Shown here: in pieces, positions 1-12,288 of the stretch | How positions within the stretch are numbered: position 1 is the first letter of the stretch | How the letters are laid out: each line of letters begins with the position of its first letter | Assembly (NCBI GenBank): GCA_976551045.1 | Contig: CDPCPM010000259.1 | Span: 496,001 to 560,000 of the forward strand | From: Glaucostegus cemiculus | Taxonomy: Eukaryota | Direction: 5' to 3' | DNA: 64,000 nt | Program-made: the position numbers and the translations under genes | The notes under the pieces: generated by a model | Databases searched by the model: none | What the model was told of the DNA's origin: nothing | What the model saw: only the letters and a program-made list of their open reading frames with translations

Positions 1-740
1 TTTTCTCCGTTTAGAATATTTCTATATCTTCCGCCAAAGTGCATGACCATACACTTCCCTACGCTGTATTCCATCTACCACTTCTTTGCCCATACTCCCA
101 ACCTGTCCAAGTCCTCCTTCGGATTCCCTACTTCCTCAATACTACCTGCCCCTCCACCTATCTTTGAATCAACTACGAACTTTGCCACAAAACCATCAAT
201 TTCATCATGCAGATCATTAACGTGAAAAGTAGTGGCCCCTGATGAACACCACTTGTTGCCAGCAGTCAACTAGAAAAAGCCCCCTTTATTCCCACACTGC
301 CTTCTACCAGTCAGCCAATCTTCTATCCATGCTATCCATACCTTTCCGATAATGCCATGGGCTCCTATCTTATTTAGCAGCCTAATGTGTGGCACCTTGT
401 CAAAGGCCTTCTGAAAATCCAGGTAAACAACATCCACTGACTCTCCTTTATCTATCCTGTTTGTTATTTTCTCAAAGAATTCAAACAGATTTGTCAGGCA
501 AGATATCCCCTTCAGAAAACCATGCTGACTTTGGTCTATTTTATCATGAGCTTCCAAATATCCAGAAACCTCATCCTTAATAATGGACTCTAACATCTTA
601 CCAACCACTGAAGTCTGGCTAACCAACCTATAATTTCCTGTCTTTTGCCTCCCTCCCTTCTTAAACATACGTGATTCTTTTTTTCCCCCAGTCCTCTGGA
701 ATCATTCCTGACTCCAGTGATTCTTGAAAGATCACTACTA
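1..740 (-). mobile_element. CR1 LINE ORF2 (reverse transcriptase) fragment, degraded, runs off the window start
   Basis: Minus-strand ORFs give NYRLVSQTSVVGKMLESII, QHGFLKG, DVVYLDFQKAFDKVPH and DSKIGG, typical CR1 RT motifs; closely resembles the reverse complement of 38030-38760. Confidence 0.9.
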
Positions 741-879
741 CTCACTTTTACTTGTGACCGATGTGGCCTACTTAATGTAGCCTGTTGTGTGTATCATGGG
801 CTCAATGCTCGGATGTTGGCCTGGGAAAGAATATTTACATCACTTGCTTTATCCTTCCAGTGAGGATTATGTAGACAAG

Positions 880-1200
880 TGTGGTGGTAGGTACCTTTCC
901 AGTGCCTGCTGTATGTAATCAATGTCTCTGAAGTGTATAGAAGGATGAGGATTCTTTACTATCTTTTCAGGCAATAAGTTGCAGAGCTCCACCAACTTCA
1001 GGGTGAATTTCTTCCACCCCATCAGATGTATTCTCTTCTGCCTAACCCTTCTACCAATTACATTAAAGCAATGATTCAAAGTTTCTACCCCTCCCATGAG
1101 AAATGAGTCCTTCATATTTACTCCATCTAGTCTCCAATCTTGTGCACCTCAAATTAAGTCACTGCTGAGCTTCCGTAATTCCAATGAAAACAATACTTAT
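880..1200 (-). mobile_element. Old CR1 3' fragment
   Basis: Minus-strand translation VELCNLLPEKIV resembles the CR1 ORF2 C-terminus (VxLWNxLP). Confidence 0.5.
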
Positions 1201-1507
1201 ACAATCATTCCCGAGTGACTATTTTACAGCCATTCCTCTGCATTGTGGCCAGTGCAAACACATCTTTCTAAATTAGCTAAATGGGAAAGTACCCCTCATG
1301 CCTTCTGTTCCTGCTTTCAAACTTCTCCCATTTTGCTGAAATCTGGTGAGCCTCCTCAAGTGAAAGTTATGCTTTGATCTTTACTTCCTCAGTGGGTTAC
1401 TACTGGCTCTCCTCACCTCACTTAGGGTCATTTAAATCAATTGACTGATCAGAATTTGCTACCTCTAACAGAGTGGAAGCTTTTATATCATAAGCTAGCT
1501 CACTTTG

Positions 1508-1600
1508 GAGACACGAGACTTCAGATGCTGGAATCTGGAACAAGAAACAATCTGCTGGAGGAACTCAGTGGGTCAAGCAGCATCTCTGGGAGGAGGAAAG
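1508..1600. repeat. Penelope-associated terminal repeat fragment
   Basis: cagatgctggaatctgg...gaactcagtgggtcaagcagcatct; the same motif recurs at about 5550-5870, 30870-31000, 41960-42060, 52910-53085 and 57355-57450. Confidence 0.5.
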
Positions 1601-3484
1601 GGTTCTGTGTAGGGTTTGACTCTTGATCCTTTAAGCTTCCTTCCATGACCACTTTTTCTGTTTCTATGTAGACTTTGCTACTTCACTTTCCTTCATCAAA
1701 AACCTATCGCTTAAAATCTTAATCCCCTTAGTCCAAATACAAAGTATAGTTCCAATTCTGAGTTTAACTGCACACACACTCAGAGCAATGGAGGTTAATC
1801 CAATCTGAAAGTCCTTGTCATCATCTGTTATGTTTGTCTAAATTGGAGCGGTTGTGGGGGTGGGTTCATCAGTGAATTTGCTAATATAAAAATCCCAATT
1901 GCATTTAAAATTAGATGATTTAATTCAATCATTTGCTTTCTGCACTATCAGTGTATATGACTGAGAATAATCTTTTAGCAGATGAGCTGCCTGTTTCCTC
2001 ACCAATCGTTCTGCAAACAATATATTCATTGCATGTGAAGCATCCTGACAACTTTCATTTATAGGAAATAAAATATTCTGTATAACTAAGCCATCTGTTT
2101 CTTATAGAGCTTATCTAGTACTGCCTCAGACAGGTCTGCTATGCTTATGGGCATTGCATTTACTGTACAAGTTAATGTACAGAATATGTGTGAAATCACT
2201 GCTCTATTAAAAGTTAATTAAATCTGTCTAGTGCTACACTGTGCACACTTCTGGCATAATGTAGTTATTTGTGTTAAAATTTGCATTAAAAGGGAATGAT
2301 TAGAGTAATTAAGCAGTGGTGAACTTTGAACGAAGGGCTTGACATTTTCATACAAGTCTCTCACTTCACTGGGGTCCATTTTATAGTTCTGAAGAAATTG
2401 TCAATATAATTGAGTGTTTGAGGAACTGAGTACTTGGCTTAATGATTTGCAATTTCCCCCACAACCCTTTCCCTAGCCAGCATCACAATGGAAAAACATA
2501 TTCATGTTTATTTGTAGCATTATCATCTGCAAAGTTGATAAGATTTAAGGTAATCAGAGGTGCAGCATTTTCATGTGTTGGGTTTCAGATTAGAATAGAG
2601 ATGAGCAAACTGTACCATACAAGCTAAATTTGCACAAATAGAAACTTTTATTTTAGCCTGTTAAAGGGGAAACAGGCAATCCACCACACAAGATCCAAGA
2701 TACTGTGAACAACGGAATAGACACTTTGCAATCTCCAGTTCTGTGTAGATTGTTGAAGGAAGGCTGAGAAATGGGAGGGTTCAGGCGGACAGGGTGAGGA
2801 GTAACCAAAGGCAATGACAACTGGGATGGGTCTGAAGTGGGTGTGGTCAGAAACAATGTCAAAATGGAAAAGGGCATCATCCAGGAAGGGAATGGATGCT
2901 TCACACTCAGGGCTGCAATCCACCTGGGGTTGTACTTTTAAACTAATTTGTAAGCAGACTTTGGTCCTCTAGTTAAGATCTGCTTCAGTGTCCTTGTGAG
3001 GTTTAACCATGTGGTAGGACTTTGTGCAAATGATGTCAAACTCGTGTTATACACTATTTGGTATCACACTGTGTGTCCAATGGCTTTCATGCATGCAGAA
3101 ATACTAGCAATAATTTCTGTCCCAATTTGAAAATGGCTCCCTAAATCCAAAAGGTTGGGCACCTCAGGATTAGAGATTGAACCATTGTCACATTGGCTGA
3201 TTCTACTAGTTGTTAGATTCTTTGTTAGCACTTGAAGAACAGTCCAGAGTTCTTGGTGTGCTAGGTAAGTAAGCAAAGAGGGCCTTTGGTTAACAGAAGC
3301 CTCCTTATTTAAAAAAAACTGAATCTTTGCATGTAGTTTTGGTGACATGATTAGGTAGCAACTAAATTCAAATATCTATAAACTGCTTGTATCGCTTTAT
3401 TTTCTCTTGTCACCTCAAGGGCCTTATTACCAAATTAATTGTGGAAAACCACCCTAACAGTATGTCTCTATCTGAACTCCACCT

Positions 3485-3825
3485 CATGGCAGCATGGGGG
3501 TGCCGCAGTTAAAGCTGCTGTATCACACTCTGGAGACTTGCGTTTGATCCTGACATCAGCTGTTTGGAGTTTTCACATTCTTAAGACCACATAGTTTTCC
3601 TTTGGGTTCATCAGTTTCCTCCTACATTCCCAGTTGGCTACTATAAATTGCCCTTTGAAGGCAGATGGCATAAAAGGAGTAAATTGATGGGCATGTGATA
3701 GACAATAAATTGCAGGGTTGGACAGGAATAAGACAAAGGGGAATTGGATTGATAGAATTTTTCTTCTTGGAGCTGACATGAACTTGATGGGCCAGTTGGC
3801 TGCCTCCTGTACTGTTATGTGTGTA
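3485..3825 (+). mobile_element. Old tRNA-derived V-SINE-type element
   Basis: tRNA-like head with degenerate B box (gtttgatcc), central tttcctttgggttcatcagtttcctcctacat domain and CR1-like tail (gatgggccagttggctgcctcctgtactg). Confidence 0.6.
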
Positions 3826-4639
3826 ACCAAGTATACACCATCATGTGCCTTGTATGATAGAGAGCATAGCTATCTCTACTAATGTGTATACAATTACTTC
3901 ACCTTGCTGGATAAGACTGACCTGGGATAACCCTTCAAGAAACAACAACTTGGGCCCAATACATCTCACATAGCTGTATAAAGTTAACTAAAGCACTTTA
4001 ACCTTTTCTGCCGAAATTGTCTCCTGGTGTTTGGTAGCTTTTTTAAACACACATGGAAGCACCTAAGTTTATTTCCTGGAGTCCTAACTTGAAACCTCAT
4101 TAGTTGGAGCCTGCAAATGTCAGAGGTTGACAAAGCAAGAGAGGTGACTGGACTTGAAGGAATACAAGTCTGATTAGTTGAAAGTGATGCCAGAGGTGAC
4201 TTTGTATTTATTGTTTGAAGATGTCCATTGCCAAAGGTATTTGATGGTACACTTGTCAGCTCTTAATATATGAGCCTATTACAGAGACAATTGGAACCAG
4301 GTTCCAATCATGCCTAACATACAGATGCATGAAGTTGATGTAGGACTTGGTTACTGGGAAGAGCAGTTGATCTCCTCCACTAGAGGAGTACACACAGTAT
4401 ATGTACCCCCCCCCCCCCCCCCCCATGTAGTCAGTGACTATTCACAGCCCATACACAATCTAATGGAATTGGCTAATCTGATCATAGAGATGTGATTCAC
4501 AAAACATTTGGCAATCTTTTTGAAGATGGAGAAAGACTGGAAGGTTGGTGTGCCACTTTCAGCATGTAGTAACGTAATTCTCAGTGTGACAAATAGCATC
4601 CACTTGTCACAGGAAATTGGTCCAAACCACTTTTTTTGG

Positions 4640-5010
4640 CCCTTCCAATAGGAACAAAGAGCAGCATGAATAGGCCACACACCCCTTCCAATCTGCTCAG
4701 TCATTCACTGTAGTTGTAGTTGATCTGATCTTGGCCTCAACTCCACTTTCCAGCTTGATTCCCATAATTCTGGATTCCTTTATAATCCACCTTTCCCAGC
4801 CTTGAACACAGTAAAGCACTCAGGGGAAGTTTTGAAAGATTCACAACTATTTAAGAGCTCTTCATTTCATCTTAAATGGGCAACTGTTTATCCTACGACA
4901 ATGCCCCTTGGTTCTAGATTTTCCTACTGAGTAAGTTAGTGCACTACTTCGATATTGTCCAACTCGTTCAGAATCTTGTGCATCACATGAAAGATCACCT
5001 TTCATTCTAT
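4640..5010 (-). mobile_element. Old CR1 3' end
   Basis: taggaacaaagagcagcatgaataggccac and gattcacaact...catcttaaatgggc match the reverse complement of CR1 3' ends seen elsewhere in the window. Confidence 0.55.
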
Positions 5011-6524
5011 GTAATATCACAGCTATTTTTGTTTAATTGTCAGTCAGTTTCTAAAGGATCAACATTTGTGTTTTGCTGCACTTTAAATATTTATAAGCTC
5101 TTGTGATGCTTTCACACATACTTATTTACTCTCAAACTTAATTCCACCTCTATCAATTTTTCACACATTCTTTGCTTGACATTAAGTTGGCTACTACACT
5201 TATTAGGAAAACAATTTAGAAAAAAGCAGTTTCATAAATTAGCAAGGATATTGATTTTAATTTGTAATCGTAGAGCTGGAATACATCAAGATGTGTGTTT
5301 CAAAAGTGGCATAAAGTTAATTGAAGTTTTAGATATATACTTGCTAAAGGATTAATAAACCAGAGTAGTTGAGGTTTGCGTTCAGCAAATTTTGGGGATC
5401 TTGTGCTAGAGAATTAAACAAGTTCCTGTCCAGAAAAGTAGAGCAAATTAACTGGCAATGAAACCATGTGCATCAACAGATCATCACCTTCACCTAAATG
5501 ATCCAAGAATATTTCATTTCCTGCTGTGGATGTTAAATAGTTTGAGACAAACTAAAAATGTTGTAAATGCTCAATAGGTTAGGCTGCAGCTGTGGAGAGA
5601 GAAACAAATTAATGTTTCCAGTCAATGGCCTTTACTAGAACAAGGGAGGGGTGAACAAAGGGAATGTCTGTGCAAACCAAGAGTATTCAAACGATAGATT
5701 CAAGAGAGGGTGGTAGGAGTTTATTTTGGTCGCTCTGTCTGGACACAAGATGAATAAACGGATGCAGAACACAAAAGTTGCTGGAAACCTTAAAAGAAAC
5801 ACTATTTGAATATAAAAATCATCATCCTGTAGTGGTAACTCAGTCTCTTCACAGATGCTACCTGACCTGCTTTGTCAATCAATGCCTTCATGGACTACCT
5901 AGGGATGGCCAATAGACTTTGCTAGCTTCAAACCTATGATCAAGATTTTAAAAACACAAACCTCTCTACAACTGCTACAGAAGTCCATGATAAAATTTGC
6001 AGAAGGTCTTTTTGCCCAGTCCTTGTGGAGACAAAGGCCATCTTCACAAAGAGGACACCCTCCATGGTGTGGCACACACTCCCGACTAGGAAATATCACA
6101 GGTCCTTTTGTTGCTGGGTCTAAATCCTCCATATCCAACAGCATTCTGGGATGAGCTTCACCGGAAGGACGATAGCTGTTCCAAGTGGTATCTCTCTACT
6201 ACTATCTAATGGGCAATATATGCTAGCCTTATCTATGAAAGTGTGGGATTGAGATCAAACCTGTATTCAAACCAGTAGCAAAACTTGTTTAATTAGTTAA
6301 TAAGTAACTTAACGATTAAAACTTTGGTTACCCTTAAAGTGATCCTGCTTCATTTAGGGGTCTTTCTGATGTTTGTCTTTTAAAAATCTCCAATATCTGA
6401 CATACAAGAATGGTTGCATCTCCCACTCTAGCCAGTAATTTTGCCAGTTATCAGCTCCAAATAAGCTACCTGCTCACTACGTTAACATTCAATACACGGC
6501 TATTTCCCCATTCTCTCAATATCC

Positions 6525-6665
6525 CAATTGTTGGTATTGGTTTATTGTCGCTTGTACCGAGGTACAGTGAAAAGCTTGTCTTACAAACCAGTTGTAAAGG
6601 TCAATTCATTACACAGTGCAGTTACATTTAGTACGGAGTACATTAATGTAGTACAGGTAAAAAAG
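6525..6665 (-). mobile_element. Rex/Babar-like LINE 3' tail
   Basis: attggtttattgtcgcttgtaccgaggtacagtgaaaagc resembles the reverse complement of the tail at 23350-23402 that follows the Rex-like ORF at 22496. Confidence 0.55.
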
Positions 6666-7112
6666 TACACGTCACACAAAAGCATTTTCAGAATATTTTT
6701 CGTCCCTCGGCTCCCTCCCAAATCCATCCCAAGAAACTTCCCAATAGAGGTGCGGGTGTTATGATGTCCACATAAGTCTAGTAGATACTACCTCTGCATG
6801 ATAATGGGTTTCTGAATCGGATTACAATGTTAATCCAACTAGGAAGATGATAAACTCACTGGAGCGTGTAGGAGACAAATGATAGAACCTACCCAAAACT
6901 ACTCAATTGGGAGTAAAATTAGACCCAATGTAAAACTATTTTGCCGAATGGTACTGCTAAGAAAGCGGCCATGATGATCGCCAAATAGATTACCTTCACA
7001 AATGTCAGTCACACGACCGAAGAAATTTAGTTGTGTTGACCCCTGGTTTGAAATGGCCCCGATGATTAGTTAGACAAATGTAATCTGTAGAATTTCGATG
7101 TTTCTTTTCCAG

Positions 7113-8760
7113 ACGTGACCTTATCCGGCGGTGGGAGATGCCAGCTCGGAATCACCGTGATGTCTGAACAAGAGCTGCCCGACCGACTCTGCGCTGACGG
7201 TGACCGGCACCTGGCGGGCGGCGATCCAACCAAAGCCGCTGCCTGTTACAGCGGGGCTTTCAGCAGGGATGCCGAGGTGGCAGTCCGCCACGTACACTCT
7301 CTGGGGGACATCGGCCTGGCCAGCATCGTGGCCGTCCTGGAGGGCTGGTGCGCCGGCCACACGTGGGTGCCGCTCCAGGTTGGGGTCGATCCGGCTGGCG
7401 AGGCTGCCGTGAGCGCCGGGATGGCCGCCCGCTTCCTCTTGCTGTTGGATCCCAGTAACCTGATAGCCTCGGTGCTGAGAGTGGACGCACTGCTGAGGAG
7501 CGGGCAGCACGACGAGGCGGTGAGCCGCTGCAACGCCCTGCTCAACGCGCACCCGAAGCACGCGTTGGGCCTGCTGCTAACCCGGGCCCTGGCCTGGGTC
7601 CTGTCCGACGGGCACTCGGGCAACGGCGTCGTGGACTACCTGCAGGCCTTCGCCAAGCGCCGGGAAGAAACCGTGGCGTTCGTGACCACCAGGCAGACGG
7701 CCGACCTGCCGCGCATCGTCGATGCCTTCAACCACTACGTGTCTCAGCGCCAACAGAGCGCGGAAGGCGACCGCGCCCACGACCGGTTGCTCGGCGACTG
7801 TCGCCGTTTCCTGGCAGCCGTGGCGGCCCCTGACGGCGACGCCCCTCGCGCGCGCGCCGCGCGCCAGATGGCGGGGCGGCGGGTGGAAGAAAGCGCGGGA
7901 AGCGACGGGCCGGCCTCCGGCCTCGCCGGCTCCAGCCCCCAGTACCGGACCTCCGGCCTCATCAGCCGGGCCGCCGCCCACTTCGTCATGGGCAATCACC
8001 TGAGGCAGGTCATTCATGACCTGGCCTCGGCCTTCGAGAACGACCCGGCACTCGCCAGGAAACACTTCGAGCGGCTCTTCTCTCCGCCCGCCGCCCTCCT
8101 CGAGCAGACTAAGTGCTTCATCCAGGACCAACTCGCCGACTACCGGGAGACGGTGCGCCGCCGGCCTGACCTCCGATCGGACGCCGGCGCCGAACTCCTC
8201 CTGCCCGTCCTCGAAGCCCTGCAGCTGCAGATCCACGTCGACGCCCAGGCCGGCCGTGACACCCGGATCCGACTGGCCGACTGCAGGCTTCTGACCGGAG
8301 ACGTCCGCGGCTCCCTCGCACTCTGCCGGAGTCTGGCCTCGTCCGATGGGGCCGCCTACCCCAACACCATCCTGGCCCTCCGCGCCATCTGCCACCTACA
8401 TGCCGGCGATCATGGGCAGGCTCTCGCCGACTTCCAGGCCATCGTGGAGCACGAGTTGCCGCACCCGGACAGCTGCGTTCGGGCCATGTGCGGCCGCGGC
8501 CTGCTGAGGTTACTGGACGGGAAACCCTATCTCGCCACTTTGGACTATATCACTGCTAGCAGGCTGCGGCTGGACGAGACTGCGTTCTTCGTCAAGGCCT
8601 ACGTGCCGTGGAACCAGCGGGGCCTCTTGTACAAGGTGCTTCAGGAGGAAGGGGAGAAGATGGTGCGGAAGAAGCTGTGCTGTCCACCCTCTGGTGCCGG
8701 GCTCCGCAGGAAGGCGGCACAGTCGGGAGACCAGGGCTGGTCCAACAAAGAAAGGTCTGG
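7113..8760. promoter_or_regulatory. CpG-island-like region coinciding with the first coding exon of TTC34
   Basis: Abrupt switch to very high GC and dense CpG (e.g. gcccctcgcgcgcgcgccgcgcgcc) against a CpG-depleted, AT-rich background; flanks at about 6700-7100 and 8800-9150 also keep more CpG. Confidence 0.75.
7160..8754 (+). CDS. TTC34: TTC34 coding exon 1 (MSEQELPDRL...WSNKE, phase 2 end); exon begins at 7113
   Basis: Acceptor tttcttttccAG at 7111-7112, ATG at 7160, donor aag|GTctgg at 8755. Motifs RCNALL, LLLTRALAWVLS, DAGAELLLPV, CVRAMCGRGLLR and KAYVPWNQRGLL match vertebrate TTC34 as I recall it. Confidence 0.92.
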
Positions 8761-9079
8761 CCCCTCAGTTGAAACAAACTCATTGTATTAAAACCAGCGT
8801 AGGTTAACTCGATTTCTTTTGGAAATTAACCTTTTTGGGGTGCAAGTTCAGAGTAATTTTGGACAGGATATGGCAAGTTAAGATTAGTTCAGTAAATTGT
8901 TCATTAATTGATGTACATTTGTGAGTAGCCGATCCTTGTCAGTTGCTTGCCAATCCGAAAATGACTGGCTTATTCCCGTTTGCTATCGAGTCCTCGTTCA
9001 ATACTAATATATTGCTTCCAATCTAATATGTTCACGATCTATTATAGCACATTACCAGTGTAATCAAAATACTGAAGTC

Positions 9080-9480
9080 GGACTTCCCTTCATGCTAGTT
9101 TGCATTCTCGAGTCATGAAAGATATGGTTGCAGAGATGGTAAATGCGTTGATCGTAATCTGTCATGATTCCATAAATTCTGGAGAGCTCCCAGAAGATTG
9201 GAAAACTATATGTAACACTGTTATTCAAGAATGATGGGAGGCTGAAAGCAGGAAACCACAGACCAGTTAGTTTAATATCTCGTTGGGATAATAAGGGAAT
9301 CCTTTCTTAAAGAAGTGATAGCAGAACGGTTAGAAAATTGTAAGATAGTCAAGCAGAATAGCCACATTTTATTTTGAAAGAGAAATTTTCTCGAGTGTTT
9401 TGTTTTGAGGATATAATAACTAGGGTGGATAAATGGGAGCCAGTACCTTATGAAGGCATTTGATGTCATATGGCATAAAA
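9080..9480 (+). mobile_element. Old CR1 RT fragment; probably continues at about 10480-10700
   Basis: cccagaagattggaaaac (PEDWK), aaccacagaccagttagtttaa (NxRPVSL) and aaggcatttgat (KAFD); the later piece reads tttacaacatataataatgatttggatgaagg (FTxYxNDLDEG). Confidence 0.7.
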
Positions 9481-9481
9481 T

Positions 9482-10085
9482 GTTCTTTTTCCTGAGCAGT
9501 CCCTTAGGATTGAGGATGACAAACTTTCACTCAGGTTTTTTTTTTGATTCTGAGGTAGCTGATGAGACCAACATAGGAACCACAGATTCCCCCACAGATG
9601 GGTCAGGTGATAGCTGTCTGAGCAGGTGGGTAGCATGTGAGATGGTCTCCTTCTGCCAATTACTAGGGGTGGGGGCTGTGTATTTCTAATGTATTGCCCT
9701 TGGGATTCTCAATACCATGCCAACTGCTTTGAGTGATGGTGGACTAGGGATTTCCAAGTGGGAATGTGACATTGAATCTTTTCCTCTGTTACCTTTCTGT
9801 AACAGACCTCAGTATGGAATTCTGTTTCAGAAGGTGGTGATGGGCATGCAAATAGCATGGCCTGCACAGTGGAGCTGATTGACCAACTGGGGCATAATTG
9901 CCAGGGATATTAGCCTGGGAAAAGACATTATCAGTTAACTTTTTCCTTCCAGTAAATTTGGAGGATTTTGCAGAGACAGTGTTGTTGTTTTCCCAGTGCC
10001 ATGAGGTGCTTGCTACACGTGGTCCAGATTCTCAGACCATGTAAGAAAGCAGTGATCTCTTGCGCCCAGTAGACCATGAGATTTG
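9482..10085 (-). mobile_element. Old RTE-clade LINE 3' fragment
   Basis: gcagtcccttaggattgaggatgac resembles the reverse-complement 3' end of vertebrate RTE elements; it interrupts the CR1 at 9080-10700. Confidence 0.45.
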
Positions 10086-10094
10086 TTGTCATAG

Positions 10095-10430
10095 TCAGGG
10101 CATGGAAACCTGGCTTTTTGGCCCACTGTGTCCATTCTAATAACTAAGCACCTAGTGCACTAGTTCTGTTTATGCTCTGAAATGCCCATCAATTGACACC
10201 CACTGTAATAATTCTTCTGCACCCATCTATACTAAAGGGCAACTTGCAATAACCAATTAAACAGCCAGCCAGTACATCTTTGGCATATGGGAGGAAACTG
10301 GAGCACCTGGGGTAAACTAGCATGGTCAAATAGAGAACGTGCAAACTCCCCGCAGACAACACTGGAAGTCTGGATTGAATCTAGATCTCCAGAGGTGTGA
10401 TGCAGCAGCACTAAGTGGGTCACCACTGTC
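10095..10430 (-). mobile_element. V-SINE-type element
   Basis: tgggaggaaactggagcacctgggg...gagaacgtgcaaactcc...ggattgaatc is the reverse complement of the V domain and B box. Confidence 0.7.
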
Positions 10431-10739
10431 AGGTCAGAGGTCCTAATCTTCATATTCATTTTTCTTTTAACCAAAGGATTCATCAGGTTACTGCACAAGG
10501 GTAGGGTGCATAACATTGGGAACATAGTATAGTAGCGTGGACAGCAAAATGGTTAACTAACTGAACTCTAAATTGGGGTTAATGGGTCATTTTTGGATTG
10601 GCAGTCAGCAACTAGTAGGGTACCATAGGAATCCATACGCAGAGTCAACTATTTACAACATATAATAATGATTTGGATGAAGGGACTAACTGTATTATGA
10701 TCAGAGTTGCTGTTGATACAAAGGAGCACCTCACCCCTC

Positions 10740-10990
10740 TTATTCCTTTGTCCCACAAGATTTAGGAGTCACTGCACTTTAACAAATTGCTTTTTCACTT
10801 TCTTTTCATTCTTCCTTCCAAAGTGGATAATCTCTCAATTTCCCCCATTATGTTCCATATCACAGCTTATCCACTCACTTTGCCTCTATGTATCTCTTTG
10901 TAGGCTCTGGGCCCTTCTCACAACTTGCTAACCTTTCTATCTTTGTATGAAGAGCAATATACTTGGACCCTTGATCCAAATCATTAATAT
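10740..10990 (-). mobile_element. CR1 RT fragment
   Basis: Minus-strand translation YINDLDQGSKYIA..TKI; ccaaagtggataatctc is the reverse complement of EIIHFG. Confidence 0.6.
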
Positions 10991-11462
10991 AGGTTAGTTT
11001 TGTTTTTCTCCCTTTGCAGGATAAAAATTTGGACAGAATGGGCATTTGACATTGGGTTCTTGGATCTTGAATAAAGTACATAGTATACTTAATCTCTGAA
11101 GACATGTACGGAGTTTCGTTTATATGTACCATTACCTCCTGGGGAATTATTACTTGACATAGACAGTACTGTCATGTCTACCAACCATTAAGTCTTGGCT
11201 GCTGATAAAGCATTGAATATGTGTTGCTAATTATTTACTATCCATTAAAGGGAAGAAGTTTACAGGATTGTTTCTGTGAAGATTTTATTTGTTCTAGCAG
11301 GTAGTTGGGGTTCATACTCAAATATTCGGTTTAATATTGGTCTTCTGAAATTGATCCAACGCTAGTAAATGTAAGGGCACATTGCAAAAAAAACTAATGT
11401 GGCATTTGAGTTTTAAAGGAGAATAACTGATTAAAAGCAAACACTTTTTCCTTTTTCCCTAG

Positions 11463-11688
11463 AGACACATTGGGTGTTCATTACTTGGCCTTGCTGCTGT
11501 TAGAACTGGACCCAACAGATGAGGTTTCCCGAATTTTATACGCAGATGCTCTTTACCAACTAGGCCGAACAGAAGAGGCTCATAAAACATTGCTGGTATC
11601 ACTTGGCAAGAACTCTTGGTGTCCTTCAGTGTTGGCTCGGCTCACCCTACTTCATTTGAAGAAAGGCTGTTTATATGAATCCAACCAG
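11463..11688 (+). CDS. TTC34: TTC34 coding exon 2 (226 nt; RDTLGVHYLALLLLELD...YESNQ)
   Basis: Acceptor ctttttccctAG (11461-11462), donor cag|GTacaa (11689); phases 2/0 fit the neighbours; TPR motif ADALYQLGRTEEAHK. Confidence 0.95.
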
Positions 11689-12288
11689 GTACAATACTTG
11701 ATGCACAGGTTCCTAGATATTAGAACAATCAAAAGGTAATTGCCTTGCTCTTGCCTTGGCCTTGCATCTTCTTCTTTATATCTACATTGTTGATGGAGTT
11801 GTGTCTTGATCGCTGAATATTCACTCTCTTGCTCACAACGTGTTCTGCAGCCAGTCAGACCATGGAGGCAATGTGCCGTCTTGGATGCACTTCCTTGCAA
11901 CTGCAAAAATTCCTGTAGTTCAAATCATCAACATGAGGTTTATCATGGGAGAAGAATGAATGAAATTGGGGAATGGGATCTCAAACTTGTCTTAAAATCA
12001 TTTGAAAATGCATGTGATTAAAAAATTGTTTGATTTTCTTTGGTTAAACCAGGAGCTGGAGAGAGAGCCTGAGGAGTGATGAGGTAATTCTTACTAAAGA
12101 ATAAGATCCGTGTAGTAGTGAGAAATTGTATTAGCTTGGAAGATCATCACCTAGAGTCAATTGGGTGCAGATGAAAAATAGCAGGTGAATGGAGCCATTG
12201 TGGGATTGTCAGTTCCACAACAACTTTAAATTAGGAAATTTATAAATCGAGAATTAGTGTGGCTTTGTAAGAAAGTGACTGCAATGAT

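Noticed and set aside
2648-2950. Possible Penelope RT fragment (SIPFLD on the minus strand) or exon
   Set aside because: One short motif only; no supporting context or splice signals.
7121-8783. Many overlapping ORFs, e.g. 7577-8395 (-, 272 aa)
   Set aside because: Shadow frames of a GC-rich exon, where stops are rare; no recognisable domain.
7115-8791. 558-aa ORF as a standalone bacterial-like or horizontally transferred gene
   Set aside because: It has a splice acceptor and donor and joins in frame to six downstream TTC34 exons. The GTG start and the tail after 8754 are 5'UTR and intron read-through.
8800-8836. Hairpin aggttaa...ttaacct followed by a T run, resembling a rho-independent terminator
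   Set aside because: Eukaryotic intron; short AT-rich imperfect stem expected by chance.
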